From: a virus
Lineage: Duplodnaviria; Caudoviricetes
Virus record (IMG/VR): IMGVR_UViG_3300012943_000006
Span: 1 to 57,985 of that record
Strand: one strand, 5' to 3'
Length of the DNA: 57,985 bases
The position numbers were made by a program, and so were the translations under genes. Shown piece after piece: positions 36,519-44,833 of this stretch. Under the pieces are notes generated by a model. It saw only the letters and a program-made list of their open reading frames with translations. It made no database searches and was not told the DNA's origin. Each line of letters starts with the position of its first letter. Position 1 is the first letter of the stretch.

Positions 36519-37374
36519 CGACCTGCACAGGGTAGGTCTCGAGATCCGGACTCCACACCGAGGACCTCCGCTGCGCACCGGTCGGGTTATACGCCGCCAG
36601 GAACCCGTCGACCCAAGACAACCCCGTCGCCCACTGGCCGCCCTTCATCCCCCACGACATGAACAGTTCCCGGTTCATCGACAAGCCCTGCCTGGTCAGC
36701 TGCGTCACCCCGTCGGGGATGCTGCACTCGCCCTCGGACAGAAACTTGAAGATCTCGCAGCCTAGCTGCTTCGCCGCCAGCACCCCAGGCAGCGGGGGGA
36801 CCACACCGAACGTGTAGTCAACCGTCCACGTCCCGACCTCCCCCGGCGGCAGGTTCATGTTCTGGCACTGTGGCCACACCAGTGTCTGGTCGCCGGGGGT
36901 CGCGGTCACCCGGTCCAGGTAGCGCCAGTCCCGCAGGACATAGGTCGCCGGGTCGACCACCACACCGTTGATCTGCACCTCAGTGATCGCTGTCACCGGG
37001 TAGTTCTCGAGCGTCACCCGCGACACATGCCTGCACCCGCACGCGACCTTGCCGTCCGCGTACCAGCCCCAGCCAGCCATCCCCACCATCCAGGAGACAG
37101 CCCAGTTCGACGCCTCCGACGGGGACAGGACCTCGGACCAGGACCAGCCGCACCCGTCGTTCGACCCGCACGGCCTGACCTGCTTCGAGCACGAACCAGT
37201 GTACTGCTCGCCGGAAAGCTCGTACAGCAGCATCGAGGAGACCGTCGCGGCCTCCTGGAGCTTCGCCAACGTCGCCTCATCCGTACCGGCCGCGTCCGCA
37301 CAAGTCTCCGCCAGGTCGTTCTCGTCGATCCACGCCAGGCACGGCCCGACCTCAGGTAGCAAGCTAGACAACAT
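36511..37374 (-). CDS. head-to-tail adaptor
   Basis: LYELSGEQY.G.C, WPQCQNM, C.IP.GVT.LTRQG, TGL..VD.F...NP; resembles actinophage adaptors. Confidence 0.8.
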   Translation of the reverse strand: MLSSLLPEVGPCLAWIDENDLAETCADAAGTDEATLAKLQEAATVSSMLLYELSGEQYTGSCSKQVRPCGSNDGCGWSWSEVLSPSEASNWAVSWMVGMAGWGWYADGKVACGCRHVSRVTLENYPVTAITEVQINGVVVDPATYVLRDWRYLDRVTATPGDQTLVWPQCQNMNLPPGEVGTWTVDYTFGVVPPLPGVLAAKQLGCEIFKFLSEGECSIPDGVTQLTRQGLSMNRELFMSWGMKGGQWATGLSWVDGFLAAYNPTGAQRRSSVWSPDLETYPVQVGA

Positions 37375-37386
37375 TCACCTCCGCCA

Positions 37387-37412
37387 GGGGAGCGACCCGC
37401 AGGCCGCCCCCC
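37387..37412 (-). terminator. hairpin after the major tail gene
   Basis: GGGGGGCGGCC-TGCG-GGTCGCTCCCC, 11 bp including two G-U pairs. Confidence 0.55.
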
Positions 37413-37428
37413 GTTCGCAGGGACCTCA

Positions 37429-38103
37429 CTACGGTGTCGCCACCGTCTGGTAGCCGCACTCCGCCGCAGGCGGCACCGCCGTGTCGTACCACCAGCCGCC
37501 AGGAGCGCCCGTAGGCACCGCCTCCGGCTGGTCGTTGTACGGCCCGACACCCCACAGCGGGTTGGACTTCGTGAACCCGTTGATCACCGGCGGGGAGAAA
37601 TCGTTCCCCGACGTGATCGACCCTTCCTGCCAGGTTGTCCTGGGATACAGGAAGTGGATGTACGGCCAGTCCGGGTCAGCAGCGTCACCGACCCAGGCGT
37701 CAGCCCAGAACTCGATCGCCGCCCACACCGGGACGAACGTGCAGCCGATCTGGTCTGGGTACCAGATCCCGATCGGCACCGGCGAATCCGACGTGTCGGT
37801 GATCAGGTCCGCACCGGTCATCATCTCCAACATCGCCGGTTCGAGCGCACCCTGGTTGATCACGAAGTCGAACCGCTTCAAGCGATCCGGGTCCTTCCGC
37901 GTCGCGACGATGCAACCGCAGCCGCCGACCAGCGAGGACTCGAGACCGATCTCGACGTTCGGGTTCCGACCGATCGAGATCAGGTTGTCCGAGACGTAAA
38001 CGTTGTTCGGACCGTAGAAGATGGACCCGTCTGCATTCAGGCGCGTCACGCGGAAGCGGCAGACGTGCAGGGGGATTGCGCAGATCTCAGGAGCCTGTGG
38101 CAT
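37429..38103 (-). CDS. major tail protein
   Basis: RVTRL..G....G, AIEFW, N..WGVGPY, PPAA.CG; RBS AAGGAG; resembles mycobacteriophage cluster-B-type MTPs. Confidence 0.75.
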   Translation of the reverse strand: MPQAPEICAIPLHVCRFRVTRLNADGSIFYGPNNVYVSDNLISIGRNPNVEIGLESSLVGGCGCIVATRKDPDRLKRFDFVINQGALEPAMLEMMTGADLITDTSDSPVPIGIWYPDQIGCTFVPVWAAIEFWADAWVGDAADPDWPYIHFLYPRTTWQEGSITSGNDFSPPVINGFTKSNPLWGVGPYNDQPEAVPTGAPGGWWYDTAVPPAAECGYQTVATP

Positions 38104-38116
38104 CTCTAACTCCTTC

Positions 38117-38983
38117 CTAAGCCGCTCTGTTGACGAGCACCGCGTCCTGAAGCACGGTGTCCCAATCCACCACGTAGTAACGTTCGGCCCTGATGGTGAT
38201 GAAGTTCTGGGTCCTGTCCATCGCCTCCCTGGCCGAACCTGGAATGACCTCGATTCCCGACCTGTGGACATCGACCGGGCCGGTCGCGTACATCCAGGAC
38301 AGCGTGGCCGAGGGGGCGAGACCGCCCGCTGGCCGCGAATCCACGTAACCGTCGCCCACTACGACCTTCGAACCGGTGGCGATCACCCGCAAGTCCGTGC
38401 CCTCGCGTTCGACCAGGACATCCGCTGTGAGAGCCACAGCGGTCGCCGGGTCTGCGTGGACCACGAACTCCGACCCCGTCCGTCCAGCTGACTGGACCAA
38501 CGCGGCCAACGCACGCTCAGGAGACAACCCAGTGTTGTCCACCAAGGTAACGTTGGAATCGGTCAGATGCGGTGTCAACGGCAGGCGCAGCCCGCGAGCG
38601 AACTGCACCTCCACCTGGTACGACTCTGTGGCCTGGAGCGCAGCTACCGCTCGAGCCGCCCACAGATCGTAGTCCTCCGAGATCGACCTTGTCGAACACT
38701 CGATCGTCTCGTATGCCGCGAACGACCCGAACTCCGGGACAGGGAGTTCCTGCTGGTCAGCCTTCTCGTCCGTTGTCCCGGTTGCACACGGGTTGTGCAC
38801 GTCGCCCGAACGGGCATCGGGGTACGGCCAGACCTCCACCCCTGACAGGTAGTGGAGATCCGGCTCCTGGTTCTGCTGCAGCCAGTTCGGCGGGTTGATC
38901 CGCGCGACCGACAGCAGACTGTAGCGAGGGGGAGACGGGACTGGGCCGTCGACACCAACCGTCGGGCCGAATGTCGTGCTCAT
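38117..38983 (-). CDS. capsid-associated structural protein (minor capsid/decoration)
   Basis: Directly after MCP; VVVGDGY, WMYATGPV, AER.YVV..D. Confidence 0.65.
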   Translation of the reverse strand: MSTTFGPTVGVDGPVPSPPRYSLLSVARINPPNWLQQNQEPDLHYLSGVEVWPYPDARSGDVHNPCATGTTDEKADQQELPVPEFGSFAAYETIECSTRSISEDYDLWAARAVAALQATESYQVEVQFARGLRLPLTPHLTDSNVTLVDNTGLSPERALAALVQSAGRTGSEFVVHADPATAVALTADVLVEREGTDLRVIATGSKVVVGDGYVDSRPAGGLAPSATLSWMYATGPVDVHRSGIEVIPGSAREAMDRTQNFITIRAERYYVVDWDTVLQDAVLVNRAA

Positions 38984-39012
38984 GATCCCGTCTCCCTCCT
39001 AGCTTCTCTCAT

Positions 39013-40722
39013 CTAGCAGGTGATGGCTGTCGCCGTCGGACCGGTGGTACCGCTCGGGCAAACGGTGACCGTGGTCAGCAGCGACTCGATCCCGATGAAC
39101 GCGACGGCCTCGAAGGTCTCCGCGAACATCTGGTAGTCGTTGGTGTTGTTGAGGATCGAGTCACGGACGATGCCCAGGTCCAGGGTCCCGCCGTCCAGGA
39201 AGAGGAACGACCCCTCCGGATAGAGGAAGAACTGGACCGTCGTCGGGAACCCGACGATCGCCCCAGAACCCTGAGCGCCGAACACCTGGCCGCCGGTGGT
39301 CGTGCCATCCGGCGTCCACGTGATCTGGATGTTGGCCAGGTCGCGGATCGCCGCAGCGATCCCGTCCCGCGTCTTCTCGAAGCGGTAGAACTGGCTGTTG
39401 ATCAGATCCGCCAGCAGCAGATCTGCCGTCCAGGCCGGGAACACGGCCCGCAGGACCACCCCGTCCGGCAGGCGGTGGCGGGAGCGCATCCCGGCCGCCT
39501 CGCGGAGCAGCGTGTAGAGCACCGTCGAGAACGCCCCGTAGGACGGCGCGACCGTGCCGACCAGCGTGGAGAACGCCGCCATCGCGTCGAGGATCCGGGT
39601 CTCGGCCAGCGCAGCGTGCGCCGACGTTGCCGCGTCCACGAACGCCGCCACCATCTCCGGCCACGCCCTCGAGTTGAGGTTGCCGAACTGGAGGCACCTG
39701 TAGATCATGTCGAGTTCGACCTCGTCGAAGTCGGGGCACTCGATGATCTGGCAGGTCTTCGCCGCCGTGGTCCCACCGGCTGCGTCCTGCGCGGCGGTCT
39801 TGACGCCGACACCCTCGTCGATCTCCGCCAGGGTGATCCCCTGGGTGAACTTCAGGCCGCCGCGCACCGCGTTGAACCCTGCGAGCGCTCCGTCCCGCAC
39901 CGGCCGCGCCGAACTGGACCAGTTACGGATCTCGTAGTAGTTCGCCACCGGGGCGCACAGCCCGCCGGACGCGGTCAACGCGACCGGGTTGATCACGGCG
40001 TCGACCTTCGCCTGGTCGGCCTCCAGGTCGCCACGGAGGATGCGCTCCTCGGGCCAGCTGTCGCCGTAGTTCGCGCTGGCGACAACGACCTTCTCCTGCA
40101 TCCCCTTCGGGGTCGACGTGGCCTGGTTGCGCTTCTTGACGAGCGCGCGAGCGAGAGCCTTGCGGTCCAGCACCGAATCCTCGGCCACGCCCGGGATCCC
40201 CGCCGAAGCGACGAACCCTGGGGTGGTGTCCACGGTGACAACCGGCTCGTGCTCCGTGCCCTGTGACTTCGGGAGCGGCTTCCGGTTGAACCGTGCTGAC
40301 GCCGCGACCGGCTCGAGCACCTCGGCCTCGACGGCCTCCGGCTCTGCCTCTGCCACGACCTCCGGACCGGGCACCGGCTCGGCAGGCTCGCCGTCGCCGT
40401 CGCCGTCGTCCTCGTCGCCCGTGTCGCTCTCGGCCTTCACCGACTCGACACCGGCCTTCTGCTGCAGATCGACCAGCTTCGCGTTGAACTCCTCGTCCAC
40501 CGCGCCCTTGGCCTCGATCTCCTCGCGGATCTTCTCGATGTCCTCGACACCGGCCTGGAACTGCTCCAGCACGTCGGCCATCGAGAGGTCCCCGAGTGTG
40601 TCGGGGTCCCGGTCACCGATCTTCTGCGCTACTGCCTGGTACTGCTCGAGCTTCTCGGTCAGTTCCTCGACAGACAGCGTAGAAAGGTCGATGGGAAGCC
40701 CGGGAAAGAGCTTGTTGTCCAT
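39013..40722 (-). CDS. major capsid protein with N-terminal scaffold-like domain
   Basis: Acidic coiled-coil N-terminus; LTASGGLCAP, RGG..F, K.C..IECP, LDLGIVRDS.LN.TNDY.MF.ETFE. Confidence 0.9.
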   Translation of the reverse strand: MDNKLFPGLPIDLSTLSVEELTEKLEQYQAVAQKIGDRDPDTLGDLSMADVLEQFQAGVEDIEKIREEIEAKGAVDEEFNAKLVDLQQKAGVESVKAESDTGDEDDGDGDGEPAEPVPGPEVVAEAEPEAVEAEVLEPVAASARFNRKPLPKSQGTEHEPVVTVDTTPGFVASAGIPGVAEDSVLDRKALARALVKKRNQATSTPKGMQEKVVVASANYGDSWPEERILRGDLEADQAKVDAVINPVALTASGGLCAPVANYYEIRNWSSSARPVRDGALAGFNAVRGGLKFTQGITLAEIDEGVGVKTAAQDAAGGTTAAKTCQIIECPDFDEVELDMIYRCLQFGNLNSRAWPEMVAAFVDAATSAHAALAETRILDAMAAFSTLVGTVAPSYGAFSTVLYTLLREAAGMRSRHRLPDGVVLRAVFPAWTADLLLADLINSQFYRFEKTRDGIAAAIRDLANIQITWTPDGTTTGGQVFGAQGSGAIVGFPTTVQFFLYPEGSFLFLDGGTLDLGIVRDSILNNTNDYQMFAETFEAVAFIGIESLLTTVTVCPSGTTGPTATAITC

Positions 40723-40727
40723 CTTCA

Positions 40728-40798
40728 CTCCTACGTCGAAGTTACACTTCTCGCCGTAGGGCTACGCCCGGGCTGTCCGCCGCTGCTACGCAACCGGC
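40728..40798 (-). promoter_or_regulatory. structured MCP 5' leader with three GUA-triloop hairpins
   Basis: GTTGC-GTA-GCAGC, GGGC-GTA-GCCC, GAAGT-GTA-ACTTC; CCTACG/CGTAGG can pair over the RBS. Confidence 0.6.
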
Positions 40799-40813
40799 CT
40801 AAGACTGGTGCCT

Positions 40814-40843
40814 AGTCTAGCAACAAATGCGGACAGCCCGCAA
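40814..40843 (-). promoter_or_regulatory. MCP promoter TTGCGG-N18-TAGACT (TG-extended)
   Basis: Intergenic; overlaps one arm of a 12-bp inverted repeat (40769-80 / 40829-40). Confidence 0.6.
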
Positions 40844-40847
40844 TCTT

Positions 40848-41477
40848 TTAGCGTAGGCTCGGATGTGGTACCGCAGCCCGTCGGCTTTTCCCGCCTCGGA
40901 CACCGCCAACCATGACCGACGGCACGTCGTCCACATGGTCGACCAGCGACGGCACCGTCACCCACACCTCCAGCCCCAGCGAATGAGCAGCCTCGCGGAG
41001 GATCGCGTCGTCCGACCTTAGCGCGTTCGCGTTCCATTTCCGTTTGTCCGCCCACTCGACCACCGGGAGGCAGAACTCGCGGGGCCACACCACCGCCACC
41101 GCCGGGATGAAATGGTCTCTCAGGTTGAGCCTGCAGAACGACTCGCCCTCGCGATCCGCTGTGTACATATCGTTGACCGTGTGCCTGGCCTGGCCGGAGA
41201 CGAACAGCACGAGAACCCTGCAGGGGCAGTCGGCCACCTGGGCCGCCACCGCCGCCTCAAGGTTCACCACGGGCAGCGCGTCGTCCTGGATGACCACACG
41301 GTGGGTGCAGTCCTCAGGCGTGCGCAGCAGAGCCTCCCGGTACGTCCGCCACGCCCACGCCGGGCCGGTCGGGTCTGGATCCGCCACGATCTCCGCCTGG
41401 GGGAGACCTAGCCGGGGAAGAAGCTCGGCCCTGGACGGATGGTGCTGGACAGCGAAACTAAGAGATGCGGCGCTCAG
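40848..41477 (-). CDS. glycosyltransferase (GT-A) in the head module
   Basis: HHPSR, VVIQDDA, PAVAVV.P, DD, PSLVDH..PS; start probably CTG overlapping the upstream TGA. Confidence 0.7.
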   Translation of the reverse strand: MSAASLSFAVQHHPSRAELLPRLGLPQAEIVADPDPTGPAWAWRTYREALLRTPEDCTHRVVIQDDALPVVNLEAAVAAQVADCPCRVLVLFVSGQARHTVNDMYTADREGESFCRLNLRDHFIPAVAVVWPREFCLPVVEWADKRKWNANALRSDDAILREAAHSLGLEVWVTVPSLVDHVDDVPSVMVGGVRGGKSRRAAVPHPSLR

Positions 41478-43384
41478 GCCTTCGACCCGGGCTTGACTTT
41501 CACAATATTCCGCTCGGTCGCGACACCGGGGGTGCCATGTGCTCCGCCCATATTGAGCGCCCAACCATGGCTACTCTTTATCCTCGCTCGACCGGTCTTT
41601 TCTTTGAACTCTCCGCCGCCCGCCGGGATCATGATTGTAACTTTGTCATTGAACGTGATGGCATCTATCGCCTCTGCCGCCGCCTCATCTGACAACCCCG
41701 CCAGATTCGCGAACTGCCCGCCCCCCGGTCCTTTCGGCTTACGGGGATGCTTGGCCGAGTCAAACGGGCGGCCAGCGGCCGTGACCCCCATCCGGCGTTG
41801 CTGCTTCGACCCACCCATCGCGTAATCCACCAGACCGTCCACCCCCTTCGCCCTGGCCACAAGCGCCTTCAGCTTCCTGGCCTCGTCCTCCGGCGAACAG
41901 TACACCCCCGCCGCCACCAAACTCATCGTGTGTGGCTCGTCCTCCATGATCAACGACGCGGCCATTGCCCTCGGTACCGGGAACCCCGGGACATTCACCG
42001 CCAGCATCCCCACCATCTCCAGTTGGCCGCCGATTGACCGCCAGTCCCCCGACACCAACGCACCCTTCAACCGCCTCGCCTGCTCCGCCGGGATGTCCGG
42101 CAGCAAAGACCCCGCCAGCACGATCCCGTGCTCGTCCTCGTACGCGCACACATGGGCGGCGCAGGTGCCGGTGTCGTCATAATGGCGGACCGTCTGCTCC
42201 CTTGATGCCGTCAGAGGAGCGTGGCCCGTGTTCATTGTGACACGACCCACATGGACCGGTCCGCCGTCCGTGTCCACCTCCCCCAGGTGGAAATACCGGT
42301 AGCCCGACTGCGACCTCGGCGGGGTCCTACACACCCCGGAGACCCCGGTGTGGCAGGTGCCCCACAGCGCGGCGTGGCCGAACACCCGGCCGTCCGCCGT
42401 GACTGTGATCGGGGTTGGCCCCTCGAGCTTCGGGTTCTCGAACCACGTTTTCGGAGGTGTCAACGGCGCGAGACCGGCAGCGGCAGCGGTAAGTGCGCTT
42501 GCTCCCATGCTGTCCTCCTCGTCCTCCGGGCCATCCGGTCCGATTGTGACAACATGCCCGGTCTCCGGGTCGGTAAGCTGCAACCACTCGCCAGGCTCGG
42601 AGTCGCTAGGCTCGTACCCCTGGTCGAGCCATTCTTTTGCGTGGGACTCGATCGCATCGAAATCTGCTTGGTCGAAATCGCCGGTCGCGTACGAATCGAC
42701 CTGTGTGCCGTCCAGCGTGCCAGCAGCCTCGCTCACCGCATCTTGAATATCCCGGCCGGAAACGTGGGTCACGTTCTGCTCGTTCAACGTGTCCACTACC
42801 TGCTCCTGCATAGCCCCCTGGTCCATCCCCTCCGGGCCAGACGCCTCGGCCAGGTCGATCTCCCCAATCGTCTCCCCGTCAACCTGCACCTCCGCAGTGT
42901 CACGGGAGACCGGGACAACCTGGATCGCTCGGAACTGTCCCCCACCCTTCGATCCTTCTGGATTGCGAGGGTGCTTCGACTCGTCGAACGTCGCCGCTGT
43001 CACGCTCCTAGCCTCGGACAGCGCGATCGCCAACGCCTGCTTCCGGTCGGTCACCTTCGCGCCGGTCGACGACTTCAAAGTCCCGGCCTTGAACTCGGCC
43101 ATCACCTTGTCGATCTTCCGCTTCCTGGCGTTTTTCGACGAAGCAACCAGGCTCGCGGTGACGCCCCAACCCTCCGGCAGTGCATCCACCGCGTCGAGCG
43201 CCTTCGCCCGCTTGATGATGTGGCGTTTCGCCGCTGCCTTGTCCCCCGCCCGGCCGAACGCCATGATCGCGTTCTTCAAGTCCGACCTGTTGCGGATCGG
43301 GAACCCCCCGCCCTTCATCGCGACACCGGACCTGGCCAGGCGTTCGCGCTGGTCGGCGGAGAACTGAGCGGCGGTCATGCTCAC
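41474..43384 (-). CDS. multidomain head maturation protein (DUF6582 + DUF6496 + HPR motifs + putative capsid maturation protease domain)
   Basis: FPIRN..DL.NAI.AFGRA; KVMAEFKAGTLKSS.G.KV..RKQA.AIALSEAR; PP..WF.NP.L.GPTP.TVT.DGRVFGH.A.WG.CH, SGDWR, VNVPGFP; TGG-TACACT promoter 7 nt upstream of GTG. Confidence 0.75.
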   Translation of the reverse strand: MSMTAAQFSADQRERLARSGVAMKGGGFPIRNRSDLKNAIMAFGRAGDKAAAKRHIIKRAKALDAVDALPEGWGVTASLVASSKNARKRKIDKVMAEFKAGTLKSSTGAKVTDRKQALAIALSEARSVTAATFDESKHPRNPEGSKGGGQFRAIQVVPVSRDTAEVQVDGETIGEIDLAEASGPEGMDQGAMQEQVVDTLNEQNVTHVSGRDIQDAVSEAAGTLDGTQVDSYATGDFDQADFDAIESHAKEWLDQGYEPSDSEPGEWLQLTDPETGHVVTIGPDGPEDEEDSMGASALTAAAAGLAPLTPPKTWFENPKLEGPTPITVTADGRVFGHAALWGTCHTGVSGVCRTPPRSQSGYRYFHLGEVDTDGGPVHVGRVTMNTGHAPLTASREQTVRHYDDTGTCAAHVCAYEDEHGIVLAGSLLPDIPAEQARRLKGALVSGDWRSIGGQLEMVGMLAVNVPGFPVPRAMAASLIMEDEPHTMSLVAAGVYCSPEDEARKLKALVARAKGVDGLVDYAMGGSKQQRRMGVTAAGRPFDSAKHPRKPKGPGGGQFANLAGLSDEAAAEAIDAITFNDKVTIMIPAGGGEFKEKTGRARIKSSHGWALNMGGAHGTPGVATERNIVKVKPGSKA

Positions 43385-43418
43385 GGACGGGAGTGTACCA
43401 GCGGGACCAGCCATGTCG

Positions 43419-43634
43419 CTAGTCTACCACCGGTTCGGCCCAGACCCGGCTCCCCGCCAGCGCCTCCGGCAGCGCCGCCAGATAACGCTCGGTCGCCTCC
43501 GGCGGCACCAGGCCCTCGCTGTCGACCACGGTGACGCCCTGCAACAGGTCTAGCACCCACTTGTCCCCGTGGAACGAACCGTCGTTGTCGAACCTGGCGA
43601 TAGGTTCCCCGTCCCGTACGATCGCGACAGCCAT
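43419..43634 (-). CDS. small protein coupled to the kinase gene (candidate immunity/partner)
   Basis: 71 aa, TGATG coupling, RBS GGAGGAGG. Confidence 0.6.
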   Translation of the reverse strand: MAVAIVRDGEPIARFDNDGSFHGDKWVLDLLQGVTVVDSEGLVPPEATERYLAALPEALAGSRVWAEPVVD

Positions 43635-44833
43635 CAGTCCTCCTCCTGCCCCAGGGTCACCGACGGGTGCCAGCCATAGCCCTGGACCATCTCGTCGATC
43701 ACGCCCGCCTTCCACTCGTCCGTTGTCGGGAACTTGCCTGCACCGTTGTTCATGTACTCGAGCCTGCGCCACATCGCCCTGCGCTCGGCCTCGGTCAGGT
43801 ATGGCCGCAGCCGGGTGTCGATCCTCTCCCAGTCCTCGAGCATCCCGCCGATCGCGTCCGACTGCTTCGCGTCCGGGAAATCGAACTCGGTCTCCCCGAA
43901 GCGCTGCTTGTTGTCCAGAACGTGGAACCGGCCGAACTGGTCTTCGTTCTGCGACGGGAACGCCAGACCCTGGTCGATCAACCAGATCTCCCCCTCGGGG
44001 GCCTCTATCACGTTGCCCAAGTGCCGGTCGGTGTTGCCGATCACGTAGTCGTACAGCGTGATCGCTCGTGCCTCCTCGTCCGTGATGAAATCGATGCCGT
44101 CGGCCTCATCGCCCTCGACCTTGGTCGACAAGGCCACATGACCCAGCCCCGCGATGTTCGCCTCTACCACCGGCGCGACCCGCAGGTCCGGCGACAACCC
44201 CGGGCTGGCGTTCTTGATCTCCTCAGCCATCACCTGCGCCGCCAGTTCTCGCTGGATATCCCGCCCCGGCTCCACAAAGTCGCGCAGCCGCGCGCCCTCC
44301 TCGTTGATCGGCTTGGCAACATACTCCACGCCGTCGATAGTCGCCCAATAAACCTTATTCGAGGTCGAGCCGCCCCTGTCCTCCACATCGGACGCGACCA
44401 CCGGCTCCAGTGGAGCATCCACCCCATAGACAATCCCCGGGACCTCCACCTGCAGATCCACCCCCGGCGGCAGCTTCATCTCCTCACCGGTTTCGACGTT
44501 CTCCACCGTGGTGCCCTCGTCGCCGGTCGGGTGCTTTATCCGGAACCACTGGATCGAGCCTGGCCCCCCAGGGTCTTGGCCCTGGTACTTGAACACCTCC
44601 CCCGCTGCCAGGTCCTCCAGCTTGTAGATCCCTGCCTCGCGGTCCCCCACGTCGAGCGTCGCGAACCTGCCTCCTTCGCTCGAGCCGGACGGGTGCCGAG
44701 GGTGTTTGCTCTCGTCGAACCCCGCCGCCACGATCGCGCGCTCATCGCACCGACCGGTCACATCCAACGGCCAGTCACACGTCTCTTTCGGCCAGTCCGC
44801 GTTCACCAGCTGCTCGTCCGGATTGAAGCTCAC
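43634..44833 (-). CDS. HPR-motif protein with a HipA/PI3-PI4-kinase-like domain
   Basis: YVAKP, RELAA, LYDYVIGNTDRHLGN, WLIDQGLAFP. Confidence 0.85.
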   Translation of the reverse strand: MSFNPDEQLVNADWPKETCDWPLDVTGRCDERAIVAAGFDESKHPRHPSGSSEGGRFATLDVGDREAGIYKLEDLAAGEVFKYQGQDPGGPGSIQWFRIKHPTGDEGTTVENVETGEEMKLPPGVDLQVEVPGIVYGVDAPLEPVVASDVEDRGGSTSNKVYWATIDGVEYVAKPINEEGARLRDFVEPGRDIQRELAAQVMAEEIKNASPGLSPDLRVAPVVEANIAGLGHVALSTKVEGDEADGIDFITDEEARAITLYDYVIGNTDRHLGNVIEAPEGEIWLIDQGLAFPSQNEDQFGRFHVLDNKQRFGETEFDFPDAKQSDAIGGMLEDWERIDTRLRPYLTEAERRAMWRRLEYMNNGAGKFPTTDEWKAGVIDEMVQGYGWHPSVTLGQEED

